A stretch of 64,000 nucleotides of DNA from Alphaproteobacteria bacterium (GTDB taxonomy: Bacteria > Pseudomonadota > Alphaproteobacteria > MPNO01 > UBA830), in the NCBI GenBank assembly GCA_964291215.2, contig OZ219790.1, forward strand, positions 768,001 through 832,000, in the 5' to 3' direction. Below the pieces are notes generated by a model, which saw only the letters and a list, made by a program, of their open reading frames with translations, was not told the origin of the DNA and did not search any database. Below are positions 45,335 to 56,592 of the stretch, piece by piece. The stretch's first letter is position 1, and each line of letters starts with the position of its first letter. A program made the position numbers and the translations under genes.

Positions 45335-47680
45335 ATGAACTTCATCGCCCCCGGGGCCGCGCCGCTCATCCGGGACATCCCGCTCGCCCGGCTCGGCCTC
45401 GCCCCCGAGAACGTCCGCAAGACCCCGCCCGATGCCCGGGCCGACGCCGAGCTCAAGGCCTCCATCGCCGCCCTCGGCCTGCTGGAGAACCTCGTCGTCC
45501 GGCCCGAGGAGCCCGGTTCGGACGGCATCGGGCGCTATGCCGTGGTCGCCGGCGGGCGCCGCCTCAAGGCCATGCAGGCGCTCGTCGGGGACGGCGTCCT
45601 CGACGCCGACCACCCGGTGCCCTGCCTGGTCAGGACCGGCGACGCCGAGCCGGCCGAACTCTCGCTCGCCGAGAACGTGGTCCGCATCGCCATGCATCCG
45701 GCCGACCAGGTGGTCGCGTTCACGAAGCTGGCCGACGCCGGGCAGCCGGTTGCCGCCATCGCGGCGCGGTTCGGCGCCTCCGAGCGCACCGTCGAGCAGC
45801 GCCTGCGCCTCGGCAACGCCGCGCCCGAGCTTCTGGACGCCTACCGGGCCGGCGGGATCGACCTCGAAGTGCTCAAGGCGTTCGCCGTCACCGCCGACCG
45901 CGCGCGCCAGATGACGGTATGGGAACAACTCTCCGGACAGGCCGCCCGCCCGTCGGCCTGGCAGGTGAAGCGCCTGCTGACCGAAGAGCGCGTGCCGGGC
46001 GCCTCGGCCGTGGCCCGCTTCGTCGGGGTCGAGGCCTACGAGGCCGCGGGCGGCCAGGTCATGCGCGACCTGTTCGCCGACGAATACGAGCACGGCGTCT
46101 GGTTCGAGGACCCGGTGCTGCTGGAGAAGCTCGCGGCGGAGAAGCTCCGGGCCGCCGCCGACGAGCTGGCGACGCGCTGGAAGTGGGCTGTCCCCATGGT
46201 CGAGGTCGACTGGAGCGACACCGCCCGCTACGGGCGCATCGAGCCCCGGCCCGGCGCGCCGACCGACGAAGAGCGGGCCGAGATCGACAAGCTGACGACC
46301 CGCCACGACGAACTCGTCAATCTCGATGACGACGAGTGGACCGAGGAACTGGCCGCCGAAGCGGAGGCCGTCGAGGCCCGGCTCGACGGGATCGAGGCCG
46401 CCGTCGAGGCGCGCGCGGTGTTCCGGCGCGAGGACTTCGCGATGGCCGGCTGCATCGTCACCGTCGGCCATGACGGCGCGATGCAGGTCATCCAGGGCCT
46501 GGTGAAGCCCGAGGACATGCCGGCGGAAACCGGCGCCGCCGGCAACGGCCACGACGCGCACGCCGCCGCGCAAGATGCCCACACCGCCGGTCATGGCGTT
46601 CACACCGCCGGCCCGTCCGTCTCGACGCCCATGGCGCCGCCGAAGGACCCCGAATCCGAGGCGCGCAAGGAGGCGGGCGTCGGCATCGGGCTTGCCGACG
46701 ACCTGCGCGCGATCCGCACGGCGCTGGTCAAGGCGCATCTCGCCGGCGACTTCGAGGCCGCCTTCGACCTCGCGCTGTTCCGGATGGGCCGCGCCGTGTT
46801 CGCGCCGGGCCGTCACGGCCACGCCCTCGACATCGCGGTCAGGGAAACCCCCGACAGGCCCATGACCCGCATGAACGATGCCGGTTTCGCGGCCTGGTCG
46901 CCGGGCGAGGCCATGCTGGAGGACCGCTCGCACCTGTCGCTCGACTGGCTGGCGATCGAGGACGACGGCCAGTCCTTCGCGGCGCTCCGGGCCTTGCCCC
47001 CGGCGGAGAAGCAGGCGCTGTTCGCGGCCTGCGTCGCGCGCACGGTGAAGGGCCAGCTCGCCTTCGAGCCGCAGGCGCGGCCCGAACTCGAAGCCACGGT
47101 GGCCCGGCTCGGTATCGACTTCGCCAAGCATGTGCGCCCGACGGCGGCCATGCTGTGGTCGCGTATCGCAAAGAGCCGCATCCTCGACATCGCCCGCACG
47201 GTGTTCGGCATCAACTGGGCCTCGGCGCGGTCGAAATACAGGAAGCCCGCGCTCGCCGAGGCGATGGAGGCCGCCTTCGCCGCCGGCGACCCGCCGGTCG
47301 GGGTGAGCGCCGCGATGCACGCCGCCGCGCTCGCCTGGACGCCGCCCGGCTTCACCGCGTTCGACACCGGGCGCACGGTCGGCGATGCCGGGGATGCGGC
47401 GACGGACGCCGCCGGGACCGCCGCAACCCCGGAACCCGCCGAAGCGACATCCGGAACCGGTCCGGCGGCGCCGGCCGGCAACGGTCATGCGACCGAGGCC
47501 GCTGCCGAACCGGAACCCCCGGAAGGCGCAGCGGCGGGGGCCGGCAACGGCGCCGCCGACGCGGTCGACCCCGGCCCTGAGGCCGATCCGGTCGATACCG
47601 GGAAGGCCGGTCCCGGCCCGGTCAACGGGCAGGCCGCCCACCCGACGGAGATCCCCGAGTTCCTCCGCCAGGTCCGGTAG
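45335..47680 (+). CDS. ParB-like nuclease/partition-domain protein of ICE or plasmid leading regions
   Basis: NVRK, GLLENLVV, AGGRRL and SLAEN motifs, followed by an HTH. Confidence 0.9.
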   Translation: MNFIAPGAAPLIRDIPLARLGLAPENVRKTPPDARADAELKASIAALGLLENLVVRPEEPGSDGIGRYAVVAGGRRLKAMQALVGDGVLDADHPVPCLVRTGDAEPAELSLAENVVRIAMHPADQVVAFTKLADAGQPVAAIAARFGASERTVEQRLRLGNAAPELLDAYRAGGIDLEVLKAFAVTADRARQMTVWEQLSGQAARPSAWQVKRLLTEERVPGASAVARFVGVEAYEAAGGQVMRDLFADEYEHGVWFEDPVLLEKLAAEKLRAAADELATRWKWAVPMVEVDWSDTARYGRIEPRPGAPTDEERAEIDKLTTRHDELVNLDDDEWTEELAAEAEAVEARLDGIEAAVEARAVFRREDFAMAGCIVTVGHDGAMQVIQGLVKPEDMPAETGAAGNGHDAHAAAQDAHTAGHGVHTAGPSVSTPMAPPKDPESEARKEAGVGIGLADDLRAIRTALVKAHLAGDFEAAFDLALFRMGRAVFAPGRHGHALDIAVRETPDRPMTRMNDAGFAAWSPGEAMLEDRSHLSLDWLAIEDDGQSFAALRALPPAEKQALFAACVARTVKGQLAFEPQARPELEATVARLGIDFAKHVRPTAAMLWSRIAKSRILDIARTVFGINWASARSKYRKPALAEAMEAAFAAGDPPVGVSAAMHAAALAWTPPGFTAFDTGRTVGDAGDAATDAAGTAATPEPAEATSGTGPAAPAGNGHATEAAAEPEPPEGAAAGAGNGAADAVDPGPEADPVDTGKAGPGPVNGQAAHPTEIPEFLRQVR

Positions 47681-47788
47681 GCGACCGCAGACCCCGCAAG
47701 ACGCCCCGCCGGCGCATTGCTCCGGGCTTCAGGCCCCGGGCAGCGCCGGCGGGGCGTTTCCGTTTCAGCAATCCATGGAGGTCCGTCC

Positions 47789-49534
47789 ATGAACCGGACG
47801 ATCCGCGCCCGCATCCACGAAACCGCCGTGAAGCGGGTCACCCGCATCTACGCCGCCACCCTGGCCGACATCTTCGCCGAGACCCTGCAGAACAGCCGCC
47901 GCGCCGGCGCCACACGGGTGCGCATCTCGGTTGCCGCCGCCCGGCCGCACGAAACCGCCGCCATTGCGGGCGAGACGCCGCTCACCGTCACCGTTTCCGA
48001 CGACGGCTCGGGCATCGCCGATCCCGCCGTGCTGCTCAGCTTCGGCGAGAACGGCTGGGACGACGCGCTGGTCCGCCGCGAGGACGCCGCCGGCTTCGGC
48101 TTCGCCAGCCTCGCGCGCCGCAACTGCGCCGTCTCGTCCAGGCCCCGCTCGCCGGACGGGCAGATGGCGCCCGGCTGGCGCGTCGCGCTGCAACCGGCGC
48201 ATTTCCTCGGAGAGGCCGACGCCGGGGTGCTGACCGACGACGAGGCCCCGTATCCCTGCGGGACGGCAGTCTCGTTCGAGGCGACCGAGGCCGCCCTGGC
48301 CATCCGCAGCGCGGCCGGGAACGCCGCCCGGCATTACCCGCTGCCGGTCGTCTTCGATGACGGCGGGGGAGACGGCGCCGGGGAGGAACTGCCGCGCCGC
48401 GCCTTTCTCGACGGCGCGGTCCATGTCGAGCCCTGGCGCGGCCTCGTCTTCGGGGTCTTCAAGGACCGCCGCAGCGGCTACAACGACCCCGACCTCAATG
48501 TCTTCGGGCTGACCCTGGCGCTCCGCCTGCCCACGATCGAGACCGTCCACGGCGCGACCTGGACCGTATTGGCGGATCTGGAAGACTGCCCGGACCTCGA
48601 ACTGGTCCTGCCGGCCCGCAAGGAAGCGGTCGAGAACGCCTTTCCCGGGGAAATGCGCGAGGCCGCGCGGCTGGCGGTCTGGCGCGCCATGGCGGCCGAC
48701 CCCTCGCCGCGCCCGGCCTTCGCCGACTGGACGCGGGCGCGCGAGGCCGGCATCGCCATCGCGCCGCCGCCGGCCACCCTGCGGCCCTGGCGGCCCATGA
48801 TCGCCGACTGCAACGACTGGCGCGAACCGGGCAAACCGGCCGATGCCGGCCATGACGCCCTGGTCATGGACCGCGACCCGGAGCCGCCGGAGGCGCAGGC
48901 GCTGTGGCGCGCCGCCGAACGCGCCGGCATCGCGCCGCGGCTCTTCGAGGCCGACCGGCGGCTGGAGGGCCATGGCTGGTACGATGCGCTCGACCGGGTG
49001 ACGGATATAGCCGTCCGGGTCGCCGCCGGGGACGACTGGACGACGCTCGCGGAGTATCCGCTGCCCGGGCCGTCTCGCGCCGCGCCCCTGCCGGCCCGCC
49101 CCGCCGCCATCCGCATCGCGCTCACCGTTCGCCCGGCGTCGGGTCCGGAACGCACCCTCGACCTGCCGGCCGACATGGCGTTCGCCGGCGAGGCCTGGTC
49201 CCGGATCGACGAGGCCATGCCGCTGGTCACCGAAGACAGCGCCCTCCAGCCGCACGAGCTCGCCGCGGTGCTCATGGCGGGGTTCTTCTCGCCCTGCGAC
49301 GATGCCGACGCCGACAGCCGGGAGACCCAGCGCGCCCGTTTCGAGGAGGACGCGCTGCATCTCGCGACCCGCCTGTTGCTGTCCGACGACGAGGCCTGCC
49401 GGGCGTCCATCGCCGAGGCGGTGCGGCGCGAGCTGATGTGGCTTGCGCCCCGCAACCGCGCCGTCGACATCCGCATCCGCCGGCCCGACGTCACCGTGAC
49501 CCTCGGCGACGGAAGCGCGGCGGACGGCGCCTGA
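47789..49534 (+). CDS. GHKL/HATPase-domain protein
   Basis: ETLQNSRRAGA, DDGSGI and AAGFG motifs. Confidence 0.8.
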   Translation: MNRTIRARIHETAVKRVTRIYAATLADIFAETLQNSRRAGATRVRISVAAARPHETAAIAGETPLTVTVSDDGSGIADPAVLLSFGENGWDDALVRREDAAGFGFASLARRNCAVSSRPRSPDGQMAPGWRVALQPAHFLGEADAGVLTDDEAPYPCGTAVSFEATEAALAIRSAAGNAARHYPLPVVFDDGGGDGAGEELPRRAFLDGAVHVEPWRGLVFGVFKDRRSGYNDPDLNVFGLTLALRLPTIETVHGATWTVLADLEDCPDLELVLPARKEAVENAFPGEMREAARLAVWRAMAADPSPRPAFADWTRAREAGIAIAPPPATLRPWRPMIADCNDWREPGKPADAGHDALVMDRDPEPPEAQALWRAAERAGIAPRLFEADRRLEGHGWYDALDRVTDIAVRVAAGDDWTTLAEYPLPGPSRAAPLPARPAAIRIALTVRPASGPERTLDLPADMAFAGEAWSRIDEAMPLVTEDSALQPHELAAVLMAGFFSPCDDADADSRETQRARFEEDALHLATRLLLSDDEACRASIAEAVRRELMWLAPRNRAVDIRIRRPDVTVTLGDGSAADGA

Positions 49535-49826
49535 CCGGCCGCCGCGCTCCCCCGAAGCGACCGCTCCGCGTGACCCCGGCGACGAGGCGCTGAAGCGCGC
49601 CATCGCCGTGTGGACCGACCTGCTCTGGCTGATGCCGCCGGACCGCACGGTCACCATCGCCGTCACCGACGGCAGGGTCGCGGTCGAACTCGGCCCGGAC
49701 CCGGAAGTTCCGGCCCGCCGATCCGCCCGGGATCCGTTCGCCCCGACGCTGCCCCGTTTCGCCATCGGCCCCGTCCCGCTCGCCGGAACCGGGGCGTTTG
49801 CCTTCAAACCCGCGGAGGACGCCGCC

Positions 49827-50591
49827 ATGCCCGATTCCTCGCCAGGTCTCGACGACATGCCGCTCCACGACATGCCCGCAGCGCCGGCCCCGGATCGCGG
49901 TCCGGGGCAGGCTCTGATCCGCAAGACCGCCGACCGCCGCCGCCTCCAGCGCCGCTTCCTCCGCGCCGGGCGCGAGGCGGTCGACGACCGCGACCTGCTC
50001 GAACTGCTGCTCTCCGGGCGCCCGCCGGTGGACGATGCCGGGGCGCTTGCCCGCGCATTGCTGGACACCTTCGGCACCGCGCCGCGCGCCCTCGCCGCCC
50101 GCCCGGACCGCCTGCGCACCGTGCCGGGCCTGCCGGAAGACGCCATCGCCGCCCTCAAGGCCGCCGAAGCGCTCGCCATCCGCATGGCGCGGGCCGAAAT
50201 GCCCGACACCCTGCGCCCGTCCCTCGCCGGCTACGACAGGGTGATCGAGTACTGCCGCACCCTCGCCGGCCACCGCGAGGTCGAGCAGTTCCACATCCTC
50301 TACCTCAACCGCAACAACCTCCTCATTGCCGACGAGCGCCTCCAGAAGGGCTCCGTGTGCCACACGCCGGTCTATCCCCGGGAGGTCTGCATCCGCTGCC
50401 TGGAGCTTCAGGCCAGCGGGGTCATCGCGGTCCACAACCACCCGTCGGGCAACCCGGAACCATCGAGAGCCGACATCGCCATGACCGACCGTCTTCGCAA
50501 CGCGCTGAAGACCATCGAGGTCACGCTGCTCGACCATCTGATCGTCACACCGACCGGCTCCGTGAGCTTCCACGAGCGTGGGTTGCTCTGA
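49827..50591 (+). CDS. radC: RadC/JAB-domain protein
   Basis: HNHPSGNPEPSRAD and LLDHLIV motifs. Confidence 0.9.
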   Translation: MPDSSPGLDDMPLHDMPAAPAPDRGPGQALIRKTADRRRLQRRFLRAGREAVDDRDLLELLLSGRPPVDDAGALARALLDTFGTAPRALAARPDRLRTVPGLPEDAIAALKAAEALAIRMARAEMPDTLRPSLAGYDRVIEYCRTLAGHREVEQFHILYLNRNNLLIADERLQKGSVCHTPVYPREVCIRCLELQASGVIAVHNHPSGNPEPSRADIAMTDRLRNALKTIEVTLLDHLIVTPTGSVSFHERGLL

Positions 50592-50683
50592 AAGGCGAAC
50601 CGATGGACCTCCCCGGTGCGCCCCCGGCCGCGTCGGGCCGACCCCGCTGAACCGATCTCCCGCCACCCAGCCCGGAGACCGCC

Positions 50684-51211
50684 ATGCTCCACCGGATCAC
50701 CGGCCGCGCCACGAAGTGCGGCCCGTCCGCGATTTCAGCGATTGCCGGCGTGCCGACCCACGAGGCCGCCGCCGTCATCCGCCGCCTGTTCGACCGGCCC
50801 TCGGTGAACGGCGTCTTCATCGACGAACTCGCCGCCGCGCTCGAAGCGTTCGGCTGGGCGCCGGACTACGCGCTCCGCCATCCGGAATACCGGAACCGCC
50901 GTTTCGCCCGGCGCGAGCGGGAATGGGAGCGCCTCTTCGCCGCTGTCCCCTTCGACGAGCGCGCAATCACGCTGGGCGCGTTCCTCGACGCCGCGCCCGC
51001 CGGGACATGGGCGATCTCCGCGAGCCGCCACTTCGTGGCCTGTGCGGACGGCTTCGTCGCGGATTCCGGTGCCTGGTTTGCCCGCATGCCGGCTTTCTCG
51101 TTCCGGGCCGACCCCGGTCACAACCGCGTCGCGCTCCGCCGCGTCCGGGAAGCGGTCAGGTTCGTGCGCGTGGCCGGCCTCCCCCGCAACCCCCGTCCGC
51201 AGGAGGGCTGA
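50684..51211 (+). CDS. Hypothetical protein
   Basis: RBS GGAGA; co-oriented with neighbours; CGP..AI and HFV motifs. Confidence 0.6.
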   Translation: MLHRITGRATKCGPSAISAIAGVPTHEAAAVIRRLFDRPSVNGVFIDELAAALEAFGWAPDYALRHPEYRNRRFARREREWERLFAAVPFDERAITLGAFLDAAPAGTWAISASRHFVACADGFVADSGAWFARMPAFSFRADPGHNRVALRRVREAVRFVRVAGLPRNPRPQEG

Positions 51212-51213
51212 CC

Positions 51214-51769
51214 ATGCCGCAGATCGTCACCACCACCGTCTTCACCATCGACGAGCTTTCCGACGCCGCGAAGGAGAAGGCCCGCGCCCGGCATCGCGCT
51301 CGATACCCATGCCGTGCGCCTCCATGGCGGCCGAACCCGGGAACGGTCGAACATCCGGTTCCGGGGGTTCCACAGCCAGGGGGACGGCGCCTCGTTCGAG
51401 AGCCGGTACAGCCATGCCCGCGGCGCCGCGAAGGCCATCCGCGCCCACGCGCCGAAGGACACCGAACTCCACGGCATCGCCGACCCCCTGCAGCACGCCC
51501 GGCGCCGCAATTTCTGGCAAATTCATGCAGCCTTCCGCCGTGTCGGCGCCATTTCCACGCAAACAGCATGGAAATCCGCGTCGAGCGCGACAGCCCGGCA
51601 GCCGGTCGCGGCGGGCGCCGGCGATACCGTCGCCCTCCGCAACCTGGCCCGCTGGTTCTACCGGCAACTGCGCGACGCCCGGGAGGCCGGGACCTCCGAC
51701 CCGGCCGTCGACGGGGCCCTCGCCGTGAATGAGTGGACCTTCACCAGGGACGGCAAACGGTTCGGCTGA
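51214..51769 (+). pseudogene. Conserved ICE hypothetical protein (often labelled antitoxin-like), frameshifted or internally deleted
   Basis: TTVFTIDELSDAAKEKAR, FRGFHSQGDGASF and NEWTFTRDGKRFG in different frames. Confidence 0.6.
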
Positions 51770-51972
51770 TCCGGTCCGCCGGCCCTTGACGGCGCCGGCT
51801 CCGCAAGGCGCCCCCGCACCTTCCCGAACGCAGCCTCCGCCCGCGCCGGATTTCCCCGGCGCGCCCGGCGCCGGCGGGAGTCCGGCCAGCCGTCCGGGAG
51901 CGGTCCGCCGGGCGGCGCGGGAGGACTTGCGCCGCCGGCCGCCGTCACGCCCTTCCAGCACGGAGACTGTCC

Positions 51973-54900
51973 ATGCTCGACGCCCCCACGGCACCGGACG
52001 CCCTCGCGCGTCCTCTTCCTCCCGCAGTCCCCATCGATCCGGCCGCCCCGTCGGACCGCCCGGCCGCGGGCGACGCCCTGATCGCCGCCGCCCGGACCCT
52101 GCTGCCGGTGCTGGAGGCCGGACGGCCGCTCGACGCCGCGACGCTGCGCGCCGCCATGACAAAGGCCTTCGGCGCCACCGACGCCGGGGGCGGCTGGGTC
52201 TGGAAGGACGCCTATGAAGCCGCCGAGGCGGCCGTGGTGATCTTCATGCAGCGCTACGCCCGGGCCATGCGCCGCAATGCGGGCGGACCCCGCCGCATGC
52301 TGGCGATGCTGGAGGCCGTCGCCGCGCTGGAGCCCTCCCACACCAGGCGCTCCGGGGAACAGGTCCGCCTCCAGCAGTTCTCGACCCCGCTGCCGCTCGC
52401 CTATGCCGCTCTCCAGGCCGCCGCGATCCGGCCGGGCGATACCGTGCTGGAGCCGTCGGCCGGCACCGGCATGCTGGCGATGATGGCGCAGTGCGCGCTC
52501 GGCGACCGGGCGGCAGGCGCGCTCCATCTCAATGAATACGCGCCCACGCGGGCGCGGTTGCTGACGCGGCTCTTCCCCGGGGCCGCCGTCACCGCCTTCA
52601 ATGCCGAGACCATCGCCGACCGGCTGCGCGACGTCCGGCCGACCGTGGTGCTGATGAACCCGCCCTTCTCGGCAACGCCCGGCGTCGACCGCACCGCCCG
52701 CGGCGCCGATCTGCGCCATGTCCGCTCGGCCGCCTCGATGCTGCCGCCGGGCGGGCGGCTGGTCGCGGTCACCTCGGCCCATTGCGCGCCCGGCGGCAGC
52801 GCATGGCGCGATGCCTTCGGCTCGCTCGACGACGCCCGCTGCCTCTTCACCATGGCGATCGACGGCCGCGCCTATGCCAGGCGCGGCACCGGCTTCGACA
52901 CCCGCCTCACCGTGCTGGAGCGCAGCGCCGGACCTGAAGTCGAGCTGGACACGACCGCCCGCGCCGCGAACGCCGCCGAACTGCTCGATGCGGTCGTTTC
53001 GCGGGTTCCTCCCCGGCTTCCGGTCGAGACCGTGCCGATCACCGCGCCGCCGGCAGGTCCCGCGCGCGACCTGTTCGGCAAGGCGCCGCCGCCCGCAAAG
53101 CGGCAGGGACCCAGGCCCGCATCGACTGCCGGGACGCGGCAGGCCCACGACTGGGGGGCGATCTCGGAGCTGGTCGTCGAGACCGGCCCGGTGGAGCCGG
53201 TTGCCGCCGCCGACACCGGCCCCTGGGCGCCCTGGCGGCCGGGCGTCGTCCGGGTGCCGGGGGCGGTCGAGCATCCGACGCCGCTGGTGCAGTCCGCCGC
53301 CATGGCCGCCGTGCCCCATCCGGCGCCGGCATACCGGCCCATGCTGCCGGAGCGCGTGGTGACCGAGGGCCTGCTGTCCGACGCCCAGATCGAGAGCGTC
53401 GTGCTGGCGGGCGAGGCCCATTCCCGCCATCTGGCCGCGCAATACCGCATCGGCTCCGGCTGGGAGACCGTCCACCGCTGCCCGCAGGACGGCGAAGTTG
53501 AAGAACCCGGCACGTCTCCGGCCACCCGGGACAGCCTGCCCCGGACCGGATCCGGGAGCCTGCCCCGGACGGGATCCGGGAGCCTGCCCCGGCCCCGATC
53601 CGGGAGCCTGCCCCGGACCCGATCCGGGAGCCTGCCCCGGACCCGATCCGGGAGCCTGCCCCGGACCCGATCCGGGGACGAGACCCTGTCGGAGCCGGTG
53701 CGTTTCCGCCGGGGCTGGATGCTGGGCGACGGCACCGGCTGCGGCAAGGGCCGGCAGGTCGCCGCCGTCATCCTCGACAACCGGCTGAGGGGCCGGAAGC
53801 GCGCCCTCTGGCTCTCCCAGTCCGACAAGCTGCTGGAGGACGCAAGGCGCGACTGGACCGCGCTCGGCGGGCTGGAAAGCGACGTCATCCCGCTCGGCGC
53901 CTTTCGCCAGGGGCGGGAGATCCCCCTCGACGCCGGCATCCTGTTCGCCACCTACGCCACGCTGCGCTCGCCCTCCCGCCAGGGCAGGCCCTCGCGGCTG
54001 GAACAGATCGTCGAATGGCTCGCCGGCTCATTGGACGAGGAGGACCGCCACGCCTTCGACGGGGTCATCGTCTTCGACGAGGCCCACGCCATGGCCAACG
54101 CCGCCGGCTCGAAGAGCGGACGCGGCGAGACGAAGCCGTCGCAGCAGGGAAGGGCCGGCCTGCGCCTGCAGAACGCGCTGCCCGACGCCCGCATCGCCTA
54201 TGTCTCCGCGACCGGCGCCACCACCCTCCCCGGCCTCGCCTATGCCGGCCGGCTCGGCCTCTGGGCCGCCGGCGAGACGCCGTTCGAGACCCGCACCGCC
54301 TTCGTCTCCGCCATGGAGGCCGGCGGCGTCGCCGCGATGGAGGTCGTTGCGCGCGACCTCAAGGCCCTCGGCCTCTACCAGGCAAGGGCGCTCGCCTATG
54401 ACGGCATCGAGGTCGACATCCTCGAACATTCGCTCACCCCGGAACAGCGGCGCATCTACGACGCCTATGCCGGCGCCTTCAAGGTGATCCACCACAATAT
54501 CGAGGCCGCGCTGAAGGCCACCGGCATCGTCCGCGGCGACGATACCCTCAACAAGAGGGCGAAATCCGCGGCGCTCTCCGCCTTCGAGGGCACGAAGCAG
54601 CGCTTCTTCGGCCACCTGCTCACCGGCATGAAGTGCCCGAGCCTGATCCGCGCCATCGAGGCCGACCTCGAAGCCGGCCGGTCGGCCGTGGTCCAGCTGG
54701 TCTCGACCGGCGAGGCGCTCATGGAGCGGCGCATCGCCGAGGTCCCTGCATCCGAGTGGGACGACCTCAATATCGACCTCACGCCCCGGGACGCCATCCT
54801 GTCCTGCCTGATGCACGCCTTCCCGGTGCAGTTGCAGGAGCCCTTCACCGACGACGGCGGCAAGCTGCTCAGCCGCCCCGCCAGGGACGCCGACGGCAAC

Positions 54901-56592
54901 ACGATCGCCTGCAAGGAGGCCGAGGAGCGGCGCGACGCCCTGATCGAAAAGCTCGCTGCGCTCCCGCCGGTGCCGACGGCGCTGGACCGGATCGTGCAGC
55001 ATTTCGGGCACGAGGCCGTCGCCGAGGTCACCGGCCGGTCGCGGCGCGTGCTGCGCATCGTGGACGCGAAGGGCGAACGCCTCGCGCTGCGCTCGCGGCC
55101 CGCCTCCGCCAATCTCGCCGAGACCGCCGCGTTCATGGACGGAAGCAAGCGCATCCTGGTGTTCTCCATGGCCGGCGGGACGGGCAGGAGCTACCATGCC
55201 GACCTCTCCTGCGGGAACACGGAGCGGCGCATCCACTACCTGCTGGAGCCGGGCTGGCGGGCCGACCAGGCGATCCAGGGGCTGGGCCGCACCCACAGGA
55301 CGCACCAGGCCAGCGCGCCGCTGTTCCGGCCCGTCACCACCGACGTGAAGGGCGAGCGAAGGTTCATCGCCACCATCGCCCGGCGGCTCGACAGCCTGGG
55401 CGCCATCACCCGCGGCCAGCGCGACAGCCAGACCGCCATGGGCGACGCCGCGCTGTTCCGCGAGAGCGACAACCTGGAGAGCGCCTACGCGAAGGCGGCG
55501 CTCAGGCAGTTCTACGGCGCGCTCTGGCGCGGCGCCATCGAGGGCTGGAACGCGGAACGGTTCCAGGAGTCGACCGGCCTCAGGATCGTCCACGAGGGCG
55601 GGCTCAAGGACGACCTGCCGCCGATGCCGAAGTTCCTCAACCGGCTGCTGGCGCTCCCCATCGCCGAGCAGAACCGGCTCTTCGCCGAGCTGGAAGAACG
55701 CATCGCCGCCAATATCGAGCAGGCGATCGAGGCCGGCAGCTACGAGCGGGGGGTCGAGACGGTCACCGCCGACTCGCTCACCATCGCCGGCAGGGAGACG
55801 CTCCATGAACATCCCGGCGCCGGGGCCGCCACCGAACTGGTCGGGATCGTCCGCCGCGACAGGCTCATGCCGCTCACGGCCGATGCCGCGCTGGAGATCG
55901 GAAGCCGCGATCCGGGGCCGGACGGGAAGCCCCGTCTGGCGGTCAACGCGCGCTCGAAGCGCGCCGCCGTCCTGCTGCCCGCCCCGTCGCGCATGCTCGA
56001 CGACGGCGGGGTGCAGGAACGCGTACAGCTGCTCCGCCCCGCCACACGGGACCGCATGGCCCGGGCCGAGTTCGCCGCTTCCAGCTGGGGGCAGGCCGAC
56101 GAAGCCCGCTGGCGCATGCTCTGGGACGCCGAGACCGCCGGCCTGCCGTCCCACCGCGAGTCCCGCTTCTGGCTCGCCACCGGCCTGCTGCTGCCCGTCT
56201 GGGACCGCCTCCCGGCCGAGAACATGCGCGTCCGCCGGCTCACCAGCGACGACGGCATGGCCCTCATCGGGCGCGTGCTCGACGCGGAGCAGGTGCGCGC
56301 CGTGCGCGCCGGCTTCGGCCTCGACGGCGGACCCGCCATGACCGGCGCGGAAGCCTTCGCGGCGGTGATGGAACGCGGCAACCCGCTCGCGCTCGCCAAT
56401 GGCTGGCGGCTCGCCCGCCGCCGTCTCATGGGCGCTGACCGGGTCGAGGTCGAGGGGCCGGCCGATACCGACCTGCCGGCGCTCCGGCGCATGGGCTGCG
56501 CGATCGAGATCATCTCGTTCCGCGCCCGGATATTCGCGCCGAACGCCGGCGCGCTGGAACGCATCCTCGAACGCTGGCCGCTCGCCGCATGA
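51973..56592 (+). CDS. Strawberry-notch family methyltransferase/SF2 helicase
   Basis: QQFSTP, LEPSAGTG, MNPPF, GDGTGCGKG, FDEAH, SATG and QGLGRTHR motifs. Confidence 0.95.
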   Translation: MLDAPTAPDALARPLPPAVPIDPAAPSDRPAAGDALIAAARTLLPVLEAGRPLDAATLRAAMTKAFGATDAGGGWVWKDAYEAAEAAVVIFMQRYARAMRRNAGGPRRMLAMLEAVAALEPSHTRRSGEQVRLQQFSTPLPLAYAALQAAAIRPGDTVLEPSAGTGMLAMMAQCALGDRAAGALHLNEYAPTRARLLTRLFPGAAVTAFNAETIADRLRDVRPTVVLMNPPFSATPGVDRTARGADLRHVRSAASMLPPGGRLVAVTSAHCAPGGSAWRDAFGSLDDARCLFTMAIDGRAYARRGTGFDTRLTVLERSAGPEVELDTTARAANAAELLDAVVSRVPPRLPVETVPITAPPAGPARDLFGKAPPPAKRQGPRPASTAGTRQAHDWGAISELVVETGPVEPVAAADTGPWAPWRPGVVRVPGAVEHPTPLVQSAAMAAVPHPAPAYRPMLPERVVTEGLLSDAQIESVVLAGEAHSRHLAAQYRIGSGWETVHRCPQDGEVEEPGTSPATRDSLPRTGSGSLPRTGSGSLPRPRSGSLPRTRSGSLPRTRSGSLPRTRSGDETLSEPVRFRRGWMLGDGTGCGKGRQVAAVILDNRLRGRKRALWLSQSDKLLEDARRDWTALGGLESDVIPLGAFRQGREIPLDAGILFATYATLRSPSRQGRPSRLEQIVEWLAGSLDEEDRHAFDGVIVFDEAHAMANAAGSKSGRGETKPSQQGRAGLRLQNALPDARIAYVSATGATTLPGLAYAGRLGLWAAGETPFETRTAFVSAMEAGGVAAMEVVARDLKALGLYQARALAYDGIEVDILEHSLTPEQRRIYDAYAGAFKVIHHNIEAALKATGIVRGDDTLNKRAKSAALSAFEGTKQRFFGHLLTGMKCPSLIRAIEADLEAGRSAVVQLVSTGEALMERRIAEVPASEWDDLNIDLTPRDAILSCLMHAFPVQLQEPFTDDGGKLLSRPARDADGNTIACKEAEERRDALIEKLAALPPVPTALDRIVQHFGHEAVAEVTGRSRRVLRIVDAKGERLALRSRPASANLAETAAFMDGSKRILVFSMAGGTGRSYHADLSCGNTERRIHYLLEPGWRADQAIQGLGRTHRTHQASAPLFRPVTTDVKGERRFIATIARRLDSLGAITRGQRDSQTAMGDAALFRESDNLESAYAKAALRQFYGALWRGAIEGWNAERFQESTGLRIVHEGGLKDDLPPMPKFLNRLLALPIAEQNRLFAELEERIAANIEQAIEAGSYERGVETVTADSLTIAGRETLHEHPGAGAATELVGIVRRDRLMPLTADAALEIGSRDPGPDGKPRLAVNARSKRAAVLLPAPSRMLDDGGVQERVQLLRPATRDRMARAEFAASSWGQADEARWRMLWDAETAGLPSHRESRFWLATGLLLPVWDRLPAENMRVRRLTSDDGMALIGRVLDAEQVRAVRAGFGLDGGPAMTGAEAFAAVMERGNPLALANGWRLARRRLMGADRVEVEGPADTDLPALRRMGCAIEIISFRARIFAPNAGALERILERWPLAA
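53533..53676 (+). repeat. Six tandem 24-bp palindromic units, in frame
   Basis: (AGCCTGCCCCGGACCCGATCCGGG)x6, encoding SLPRTRSG. Confidence 0.95.

Noticed and set aside
53533-53676. Possible CRISPR array
   Set aside because: Head-to-tail repeats with no spacers, lying in frame inside a CDS; no cas genes in the window
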